From positions 80,859 through 144,858 of the forward strand of contig MKWP01000008.1 in the NCBI GenBank assembly GCA_001899805.1: 64,000 bases of DNA, in the 5' to 3' direction. Positions 56,862 to 64,000 of this stretch are shown in pieces; the first letter of the stretch is position 1, and each line of letters starts with the position of its first letter. This stretch comes from Lysobacterales bacterium 66-474. GTDB taxonomy: Bacteria; Pseudomonadota; Gammaproteobacteria; Xanthomonadales; Rhodanobacteraceae. The translations under genes and the position numbers were made by a program. The notes beneath the pieces were generated by a model. It searched no databases and was not told the DNA's origin. It saw only the letters and a program-made list of their open reading frames with translations.

Positions 56862-59723
56862 TTACGCGCGTTTCTTCTTGCGTGACGGTTTCGATGTCGC
56901 AGCCAGCACCGGCGCAAGGAACTGCCCGGTGTAGGAACCCTTCGCTGCAGCGATATCCTCAGGCGTGCCGGTGGCGATGATGCGCCCGCCACCTGCGCCG
57001 CCTTCGGGGCCGAGGTCGATCACCCAGTCGGCGGTCTTGATCACGTCGAGGTTGTGTTCGATCACCACCACCGTGCTGCCGCCATCGACGAGGCGATGCA
57101 GCACGCGCAGCAGTTGTTCGATGTCGTGGAAGTGCAGGCCGGTGGTGGGTTCGTCGAGGATGTACAGCGTGTTGCCGGTGTCGCGGCGCGACAGTTCCTT
57201 GGACAACTTCACGCGTTGCGCCTCGCCGCCGGACAGCGTGGTCGCGCTCTGGCCCAGCTTGATGTAGCCGAGGCCGACGTCCATCAGGGTTTCCAGCTTG
57301 CGCGCGATCTGCGGCACCGGTTGGAACACTTCCAGCGCCTGCTCGACGGTCATGTCCAGCACGTCGGCGATGGTGTAACCCTTGTAGAGGATCTCCAGTG
57401 TCTCGCGGTTGTAGCGTTTGCCGTGACAGACATCGCAGGGCACGTACATGTCGGGCAGGAAGTGCATCTCGACCTTGATGAGGCCGTCGCCTTCGCACGC
57501 TTCGCAGCGCCCGCCCTTGACGTTGAAGCTGAAACGCCCGGCCTGGTAGCCGCGCGCGCGCGACTCGGGGACCTGCGCGAACAGTTCGCGCAGCGGCGTG
57601 AACACGCCTGTATACGTCGCGGGATTCGAGCGCGGGGTGCGGCCGATCGGCGACTGGTCGATGTCCAGCACCTTGTCGAACAGGTCGAGCTTTTCGATGG
57701 ACTCGTACGGCGCGGGTTGCGCCGACCCGCCGTTCAATTCCACCGCGGCGATCCGGAACAGTGTGTCGTTGACGAGCGTGGACTTGCCCGAACCCGAGAC
57801 GCCGGTGATGCAGGTGAACAGTCCGGCCGGGATTTCGAGGTCGACGTGCTGCAGGTTGTTGCCGTGCGCGCCCTTCAGTTTCAGCACGCGCTTGGGATCG
57901 GGCCGGCGGCGCAGTTGCGGCACATCGATCGAAAGCTTGCCGGAAAGGTATTGACCGGTCAGCGAGCGCGGCGCTTTCAATATGTCGTCCAGCTTGCCTT
58001 CGGCCACCACTTCGCCGCCGTGCACGCCGGCGCCGGGACCGATGTCGATGATGCGGTCGGCGCGGCGGATCGCGTCCTCGTCGTGTTCGACCACGAGCAC
58101 GGTGTTGCCGAGGTCGCGCAGGCGCGTCAGCGTGCCGAGCAGGCGTTCGTTGTCGCGCTGGTGCAGGCCGATCGACGGTTCGTCCAGCACGTACATCACG
58201 CCGACCAGTCCCGCGCCTATCTGCGAGGCGAGGCGGATGCGCTGCGCCTCGCCGCCCGACAGCGAGTCGGCCTTGCGGTCGAGCGTGAGGTAATCGAGGC
58301 CGACATCGATCAGGAAGCGCAGCCGCTCGCGGATTTCCTTGACGATGCGGTCGGCGATTTCGCCGCGCCAACCCGCGAGGTGCAGGCCATCCACGAAGGT
58401 GCGCGCATCGCTGATCGCCAGCGCCGACAACGACGGCAGGTTCTTGTCGCCCACGAACACGTTGCGCGCCGACAGGTTCAACCGCTCGCCGTGGCATTCG
58501 GGGCAGGGCCGTTCGCTGATGAAGCGCGCCAGTTCCTCGCGCACCATGTTGGATTCGGTTTCGCGGTAGCGGCGCTCCAGGTTCGGGATGATGCCCTCGA
58601 AACGGTGCTTGCGCGTGACCGCGCCGCCCGCGTTGGCGGGCGTGTACTTGAACGCGATGGCTTCATCGCCGGAGCCGGTCAACACCGCGTCGCGCGTGGC
58701 TTTCGGCAGCTTGTTCCAGGGCGTGTCGGGATCGAAGCCGTAGTGTTTCGCCAGCGATTGCACCATCTGCCAGTAATACGGATTGCGCTTGTCCCAGCTG
58801 CGGATCGCGCCGTTCGCCAGCGAGCGCTCGGGGTGCGCGACCACGCGCGCAGGATCGAAGAACTGGGTGACGCCGAGGCCGTCGCAGGTCGGGCAGGCGC
58901 CGACCGGCGAGTTGAACGAGAACAGCCGCGGCTCCAGTTCCGGCAGCGAGTAGTCGCACTGCGGGCAGGAATAGCGCGACGAGAACAGTTGTTCCGGTGC
59001 CTTGTCGTCGTCCAGGTCGACCAGGATCGCCAGGCCCTCGCCCAGACGCAGCGCGGTCTCGAACGATTCGGCGAGCCGCTGCTTCAGATCCGCGCGCGGG
59101 CGGAAGCGGTCGATCACGGCTTCGATGGTGTGCTTGATGCGCAGCCCGAGCGCGGGCACCGCATCGAGGTCGTACACGGTGCCGTCCACGCGCGCACGCA
59201 CGAAGCCCTGTGCGCGCAACTGCTCGAACACCTGCACGTGCTCGCCCTTGCGTTCGCGGATCACCGGCGCCAGCAGCATGTAGCGCTTGTCTTCCGGCAA
59301 CGCCAGCGTGGCGTCCACCATCTGGCTCACGGTCTGCGCGGCCAGCGGCGTGCCGTGGTTCGGGCAGCGCGGCGTGCCGACGCGCGCGTACAGCAGGCGC
59401 AGGTAATCGTGGATTTCGGTGATGGTGCCGACCGTCGAACGCGGGTTGTGCGAAGTCGATTTCTGCTCGATCGAAATCGCCGGCGACAGGCCCTCGATGT
59501 GGTCGACGTCGGGTTTTTCCATCATCGACAGGAATTGCCGCGCGTACGACGACAGCGACTCGACGTAACGGCGCTGGCCCTCTGCGTAGAGGGTGTCGAA
59601 GGCGAGCGAGGACTTGCCCGACCCCGACAGGCCGGTGATCACGATCAACTGGTCGCGCGGCAGGTCGAGGTCGATGTTCTTGAGGTTGTGGGTGCGGGCA
59701 CCGCGGATGCGGATGGTGTCCAT
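56862..59723 (-). CDS. uvrA: Excinuclease ABC subunit A
   Basis: [53 protein letters not shown], two ABC modules, zinc modules (CPQC...CPTCDG; CEAC...CDVCHG). Confidence 0.97.
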   Translation of the reverse strand: MDTIRIRGARTHNLKNIDLDLPRDQLIVITGLSGSGKSSLAFDTLYAEGQRRYVESLSSYARQFLSMMEKPDVDHIEGLSPAISIEQKSTSHNPRSTVGTITEIHDYLRLLYARVGTPRCPNHGTPLAAQTVSQMVDATLALPEDKRYMLLAPVIRERKGEHVQVFEQLRAQGFVRARVDGTVYDLDAVPALGLRIKHTIEAVIDRFRPRADLKQRLAESFETALRLGEGLAILVDLDDDKAPEQLFSSRYSCPQCDYSLPELEPRLFSFNSPVGACPTCDGLGVTQFFDPARVVAHPERSLANGAIRSWDKRNPYYWQMVQSLAKHYGFDPDTPWNKLPKATRDAVLTGSGDEAIAFKYTPANAGGAVTRKHRFEGIIPNLERRYRETESNMVREELARFISERPCPECHGERLNLSARNVFVGDKNLPSLSALAISDARTFVDGLHLAGWRGEIADRIVKEIRERLRFLIDVGLDYLTLDRKADSLSGGEAQRIRLASQIGAGLVGVMYVLDEPSIGLHQRDNERLLGTLTRLRDLGNTVLVVEHDEDAIRRADRIIDIGPGAGVHGGEVVAEGKLDDILKAPRSLTGQYLSGKLSIDVPQLRRRPDPKRVLKLKGAHGNNLQHVDLEIPAGLFTCITGVSGSGKSTLVNDTLFRIAAVELNGGSAQPAPYESIEKLDLFDKVLDIDQSPIGRTPRSNPATYTGVFTPLRELFAQVPESRARGYQAGRFSFNVKGGRCEACEGDGLIKVEMHFLPDMYVPCDVCHGKRYNRETLEILYKGYTIADVLDMTVEQALEVFQPVPQIARKLETLMDVGLGYIKLGQSATTLSGGEAQRVKLSKELSRRDTGNTLYILDEPTTGLHFHDIEQLLRVLHRLVDGGSTVVVIEHNLDVIKTADWVIDLGPEGGAGGGRIIATGTPEDIAAAKGSYTGQFLAPVLAATSKPSRKKKRA

Positions 59724-59968
59724 GGGAATGCGTGCGGCAAAGACTCGTTACTATACGCGCATGCGTCCATTCGGGTCCGGCTTGCGCGAAAAATGGAAGT
59801 TCTCCCGTTCGCGACACAGCCACGATAAGTCCATGACCGGCATTCCGACCTTCACGTGGTTTGGGAGACAGCCATTGCGCCGTGCGTCGAACCGTGCTGG
59901 CTGCGCCGTCGCCATGCGCCCGGTGCACGGCAGGCCGAAGGCGGCGTTCCCGGTCGCGGCGGCCTGAC

Positions 59969-60343
59969 ATGTCGGCGGGTGACACCATCACCCCGCTTGC
60001 CGCCGCGCTGTGGCTGGCCAACATCGTGCTCGACACGGTCGGCCAGCTCGCGTTCAAGGCCGCCGCGGGCGACGAACGCGCGGGCGACGGCATCGCACGC
60101 TGGCGCTACATGGCCACGCATCCGTGGTTGTGGCTGGGTGTCGGCTGCTACGTGCTGGAGTTCCTGGTCTGGATCGCGTTCCTGTCGTTGCTGCCGCTGT
60201 CGGAAGGGATACTGCTGGGCTCGATCAACATCGTCGCGATCATGCTGGCCGGGCGCTGGTTGTTCGGCGAGAAACTCACGCGGCTGCGCGTGGTCGGAAT
60301 GTTCCTGGTCGCATTGGGCGTCGCGATCGTGGGGATCGGCTGA
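59969..60343 (+). CDS. Half-size EamA/DMT-type membrane protein (4 TM, ArnE/ArnF-like size)
   Basis: 124 aa, hydrophobic, ending LVALGVAIVGIG. The stop overlaps the next start (ATGA). Confidence 0.6.
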   Translation: MSAGDTITPLAAALWLANIVLDTVGQLAFKAAAGDERAGDGIARWRYMATHPWLWLGVGCYVLEFLVWIAFLSLLPLSEGILLGSINIVAIMLAGRWLFGEKLTRLRVVGMFLVALGVAIVGIG

Positions 60344-60753
60344 TGAGGCGCTTCTACCTGGTCGGTTTCCTGCTGCTGATGTGTTTCGACACCCTCGCGC
60401 AGATCAGCTTCAAGTATGCCGGCAACCATGCGCTGCCGGTCGAAGCCAACCTCGCCTGGCTGCTCCGGGTGTTCGGCGCGCCGTGGGTCTACGGTGCGAT
60501 CATCGGTTACGTCGGTGCTTTCTTCACGTGGATGGCGCTCCTGAAGCACGCGCCGATCGGGCCCGCGTTCGCGGCCTCGCATCTGGAGGTGGTGTCCGTG
60601 CTGATCCTGTCGGCGTGGCTGTTCGGCGATGCGTTGACCCCCGCGCGGCTCGTGGGTGCGGCGCTGATCGTCGCGGGCATCGTGTGCCTCGGCGTGGCGG
60701 AAGACCGCGCCGCCGGGTCCGCCGAGCCCGCGGATTCCGCCGCGACGCACTGA
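60343..60753 (+). CDS. Half-size EamA/DMT-type membrane protein, partner of the preceding gene
   Basis: 136 aa, 4 predicted TM helices (LVGFLLLMCFDTLAQISFKYAG...LVGAALIVAGIVCLGV). Translationally coupled to the upstream paralogue-like gene. Confidence 0.6.
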   Translation: MRRFYLVGFLLLMCFDTLAQISFKYAGNHALPVEANLAWLLRVFGAPWVYGAIIGYVGAFFTWMALLKHAPIGPAFAASHLEVVSVLILSAWLFGDALTPARLVGAALIVAGIVCLGVAEDRAAGSAEPADSAATH

Positions 60754-60760
60754 TCCCGCC

Positions 60761-61972
60761 ATGTCCGCTCACCGGCACCACGAACTGCCACCGACCGCGG
60801 GGTTGCCGCTGCAACTGGCCGACCTGTGGCCCGGCCGGCGTGACCTGGCGACGCTCGTCGCGACCCAGATTGGTTCGCCACCGCTCATCCTCACCTGTTC
60901 GGGCAGCGCCGCGTTCATGGTCGCACTCAAGACCCTCGCCGCGCGCAATCCGCAACGCCGGCGCGTGGTGGTGCCTGCGTACACGTGCCCGCTGGTCGCG
61001 CTTGCCGTGCACCAGGCCGGTCTCGAAGTGGTGCCGTGCGACGTGCGGCGCTCGCATTTCGATTTCGATCCGGACTCGCTGCGCAAAGCCTGCGACGAAC
61101 GCGCCCTTGCGGTCGTGCCGACCCATATCGGTGGGCGGGTTGCGGATGTGGCCGATGCGCGGGCCGCCGCGCGTGCCGTGGGTGCCGCGGTGATCGAGGA
61201 TGCGGCGCAGTCACTCGGTGCGCGCGCGCACCATGCCAGTGTCGGACTGGACGGGGACATGGGATTTTTCAGCCTGGCCATGGGCAAGGGACTCACGATC
61301 TACGAAGGTGGCCTGCTGCTGGCGCGCGATCCGCGGCTCCGCAGCGAACTGGTGCGCACGGCGCACGAACTGGCGCGGCCGGACTTCCATTGGCAATCGC
61401 GGCGGTGCCTGGGGTTGTTGGGCTACTGGGCGCTGTATCGGCCGCGTGGCTTGCGCCTTGCCTATGGCAGACCGCTGCGGCGGGCATTGCGGGCAAACGA
61501 TCCGGTCAGGGCGGTGGGCGATGACTTTTCCTTGCCGCTGCCGCTGCACGCGGTCGGGACCTGGCGCCAGGCGGTGGGTGCGCGCGCCGCGGTGCGCCTG
61601 CCCGACTTCCTGTATGCATGCCTGGAGCGCGCCCGGCGCCACGTACCGCGCTTGAAGGCGATCGCCGGCGTGCGCGTGCTGGAAGACGCTCCCGACACTT
61701 TCGGCACCTGGCCGTTCTTCCTGCTGGTGCTGGAAAGTTCGCGCTGGCGGGATGCGGTGCTTGAGCGGCTATGGCCGGCCGGGTTCGGCGTGAGTCGCTT
61801 GTTCATCCATGCGCTTCCCGACTATGCGTACCTGCGCGGCATCGTGCCCGGGATGGACGTGCCCAACGCACGCGACTTTGCCGCGCGCAGCCTCACGATC
61901 GGCAACAGCCCGTGGCTGACCGATGCCGACATGGACCGGATTTGCGAGGTGCTCGAACGCACGCGCAGTTGA
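60761..61972 (+). CDS. DegT/DnrJ/EryC1/StrS-family PLP aminotransferase-like protein
   Basis: VPAYTCPLVALAV, VVPTHIGGRVADV, IEDAAQSLGA, and FFSLAMGKGLTIYEGG (PLP-Lys region). Confidence 0.72.
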   Translation: MSAHRHHELPPTAGLPLQLADLWPGRRDLATLVATQIGSPPLILTCSGSAAFMVALKTLAARNPQRRRVVVPAYTCPLVALAVHQAGLEVVPCDVRRSHFDFDPDSLRKACDERALAVVPTHIGGRVADVADARAAARAVGAAVIEDAAQSLGARAHHASVGLDGDMGFFSLAMGKGLTIYEGGLLLARDPRLRSELVRTAHELARPDFHWQSRRCLGLLGYWALYRPRGLRLAYGRPLRRALRANDPVRAVGDDFSLPLPLHAVGTWRQAVGARAAVRLPDFLYACLERARRHVPRLKAIAGVRVLEDAPDTFGTWPFFLLVLESSRWRDAVLERLWPAGFGVSRLFIHALPDYAYLRGIVPGMDVPNARDFAARSLTIGNSPWLTDADMDRICEVLERTRS

Positions 61973-61987
61973 GGCTTCCGCGGAGAC

Positions 61988-62872
61988 TCAAGTCTTCGCC
62001 TGGATCGCATCGAGTAGTTGCAGGTTCAACGCATGCTGCTGGGCCTGCCACGCGGCCAGTTGTGCAGGGTCGATCTCGGGCTGGTCGTCGAGTGCCGACA
62101 GGCGTCGCTTCCACCATGCGCGGTAACGGTAATGCGAGACTTCGCCGTTGATGTCGCTGCCCGCGAGCGGTGCGGCCAGCGCTTCGATCACGGCCAGCGC
62201 TTGCGGGAGGCGGAACTGGCCCTGGTCCCAGTTGGTGCGCGCGGTATCCGGGTGGAACACGTCCTTGTCGATCGAGAGGTAGGCGGGCTGCGGATGCCGG
62301 CGCTGGCGGGATGTGAACGCTTCGACCAGCGCATCCGGATCCGTGAAATTGCGGAACCGGTCCGCGATGCCCAGCCGGCGCGCCCAGCCGGTATCCGCGC
62401 CGATGCTCCAGTAAGTGAGCTTGCCGCGCCACAGCGGGGCCAGGTAGTTCTCCCACGCGTGGGCGGGTCCGATGTCGCGGGAGGTGATGCCGATTACGTG
62501 GACATGGCTGACGTGGGGTAGCGCCGCCACGCGCCGCACCCACGAACCGCAATGGATGCCGAACGGAAAGCGCATGTTGTCGGGGTGGTTGTCGAGCACC
62601 ACGACCTGGATCGGCTGCGCGGGTTGCAGCCGCGCGATCAGGGGCCAGCTCACGTGGTGGAAATCGCCGGAGCCCATGAACACCGTGCCGTGCCTGGTCG
62701 GCAACCGGTCGGCCAGTGCAGTGCCGAACCGCCGCATGGTGGCGAGCGAGCAGCCGAAGCGCACGGCTTCCTGCCAGTCCTGCATCGGCAACACCTGCGC
62801 GTCCGGCAGCGATCCGACCGAGCCATCGAGATCGATGATCACCGGGGCTGGTTTTGGCTTACCCGTGGGCAT
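61988..62872 (-). CDS. Arginase/agmatinase/formiminoglutamase-fold (ureohydrolase family) protein
   Basis: GSGDFHHVS, VVVLDNHPDN, YLSIDKDVFHP and SDINGE resemble the metal-ligand blocks of the ureohydrolase fold. Tentative. Confidence 0.55.
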   Translation of the reverse strand: MPTGKPKPAPVIIDLDGSVGSLPDAQVLPMQDWQEAVRFGCSLATMRRFGTALADRLPTRHGTVFMGSGDFHHVSWPLIARLQPAQPIQVVVLDNHPDNMRFPFGIHCGSWVRRVAALPHVSHVHVIGITSRDIGPAHAWENYLAPLWRGKLTYWSIGADTGWARRLGIADRFRNFTDPDALVEAFTSRQRRHPQPAYLSIDKDVFHPDTARTNWDQGQFRLPQALAVIEALAAPLAGSDINGEVSHYRYRAWWKRRLSALDDQPEIDPAQLAAWQAQQHALNLQLLDAIQAKT

Positions 62873-63926
62873 GCGTCCCCCGTTGCCAGTGGCTGTCGTT
62901 TTCGAAGTGTCCCGCCATGCGCTTCAGCAGGGCGCGCACGAGGGGGTTGCGCGCGTACACGGCGTGTCGGGTCAGGGTCAGCTGTGCACCGAGGAAAGCC
63001 TTGACCTCGGGGTCGGTCCAGCCAGCCACGTAGTGCGTGAGGCCGCGCGCGCGTGCGTACTCGAGGTTGTGCATCCAGCTCACGAAGTAGAGGTTGTGGT
63101 CGCGCGCTTCCGGATAGGCGAAACCGACGTACTTGTCGATGAGCTTGCCGGCGTGTTCGTAACACAGGTTCCAGCCGATCAGCTTGCCAGCCCGGCGATA
63201 GACAAAGACCACGCCGTGGCTCGATCCGTCGCGGAGGATCGCGCGGAAAAATTCGGGGGTGAGCCGGTCGAAGTGGACCTCGCTTTGCCGGTAGACATTG
63301 TCGAACAGCTGGTAAAAGGCCACGAGCGTCGCCTCGTCGTCGAAGCCCGGATCGCCAGTCGGAATACGTTCGATGTCCAGGTCGGCACGGGCGCGCAGCT
63401 TGCGGCGGATGTTCTTGCGGCGACCGTAGGACTGCCTGGCAAGGTATTCGTCTTCCGAGCCGAAGTCGATCGGCACCCACGCCAATGCCTGGCCTTCGAG
63501 CAGCACGAATCCTTCCGTGCGGCAGGCATCCGCGAACGCACCTGCGTAGGCGTTTTCGGCGGCACTCAGCAAGGGCGATTGCCGGGCGATGTCCTTGACG
63601 ATCAGCAACCGGCATTCGCGCCGATAGTGCCGCTTCAGGTTCCTCGCCAGCTCGGCCGGTGCCACGCCCGGTGGCAAGGGCGCGTATTCGGTCACCGTGG
63701 TGCCTGCGAAGCGCGTGCGCCAGGTGATGAGGCGCCGCCAATGCCGGTACCACGGCAATCGTGCCACGCGCCGGCGCACGTCGTCATCGGCGGTGGTCAA
63801 AAGATCGAATGGAGCAAGGAAGGTCGGCATTCCGTCCGGGCTGCGCCCGGCCACGAACCCCGCGGGCGGCTCCCGCAGGAACGCGTCGATCAGTGCATCG
63901 GGTTCCAGTTGGGCGACGAAAGACAC
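62859..63926 (-). CDS. FemAB/BioF2-like GNAT-fold acyltransferase family protein
   Basis: 355 aa. The C-terminal half (VVFVYRRAGKLIGWNLCYEHAGKLIDKYVGF...YFVSWMHNLEYARARGLTHY) looks like the Acetyltransf_6/FemAB-type GNAT. The stop overlaps the arginase-fold gene start by 14 nt. Confidence 0.55.
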   Translation of the reverse strand: MSFVAQLEPDALIDAFLREPPAGFVAGRSPDGMPTFLAPFDLLTTADDDVRRRVARLPWYRHWRRLITWRTRFAGTTVTEYAPLPPGVAPAELARNLKRHYRRECRLLIVKDIARQSPLLSAAENAYAGAFADACRTEGFVLLEGQALAWVPIDFGSEDEYLARQSYGRRKNIRRKLRARADLDIERIPTGDPGFDDEATLVAFYQLFDNVYRQSEVHFDRLTPEFFRAILRDGSSHGVVFVYRRAGKLIGWNLCYEHAGKLIDKYVGFAYPEARDHNLYFVSWMHNLEYARARGLTHYVAGWTDPEVKAFLGAQLTLTRHAVYARNPLVRALLKRMAGHFENDSHWQRGTHAHG

Positions 63927-64000
63927 GGGCGCGTGGATTTCCAGGGGCAGCGGAGTATTGTCGCGGGTTGTGCCCGATCAGGCCACGACCCGTGCCGCGC

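Noticed and set aside
57054-59828. 924-aa plus-strand ORF opposite uvrA, and a 512-aa off-frame minus-strand ORF
   Set aside because: uvrA is unambiguous. The alternatives are Arg/Gly/Asp/Val-rich shadows.

Overview
High-GC (by eye about 65-68%) gammaproteobacterial chromosome segment. Gene content and intergenic repeat types suggest Xanthomonadales/Lysobacterales, which is an inference. All family calls come from motifs I recognise in the translated ORFs; no searches were run, and most start codons are best guesses. Layout: (1) 119-8471 is a defence island with a Type I R-M system (HsdR plus a fused HsdM-HsdS), a DUF3892 gene, an AbiEi/AbiEii pair and a NucS/DUF5655-like gene whose start overlaps the AbiEii stop. 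(2) 8.5-13.7 kb holds accessory genes, including a solitary contractile-tail sheath gene followed by a proline-rich anchored protein. (3) 14-43 kb is mostly housekeeping: gor, a Doc/AbrB toxin-antitoxin pair, cobB, gcvP behind a tandem glycine riboswitch, an S9 peptidase, a czcCBA-like RND efflux operon, a membrane wHTH-TPR regulator, tRNA-Leu, rnr, rlmB, tRNA-Phe, an ATL protein, an AhpD-like protein and a CysK-like protein. (4) 43.3-51.9 kb (minus strand) has a multicopper oxidase module, then an AraC-headed five-gene operon. That operon encodes a 777-aa Cys/Trp-rich protein, a DUF1360 membrane protein, an overlapping 85-93-aa protein, a 433-aa Ser/acid-rich protein with CC motifs at both termini, and a G1 (eqolisin) glutamic peptidase with no signal peptide. 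I cannot place three of these in any family, and this is my best candidate for an undescribed system. (5) 52-64 kb holds a DinG/YoaA helicase, an eRF1/Pelota-like (baeRF-type) protein, tsaB, a thioesterase, uvrA, and a small cluster of two half-size EamA genes, a DegT aminotransferase, an arginase-fold protein and a FemAB/GNAT-like protein. Two families of GC-rich palindromic intergenic repeats recur across the window. No rRNA, CRISPR array, transposase or integrase was seen. Many long antisense or off-frame ORFs in the track are high-GC shadows and were rejected.
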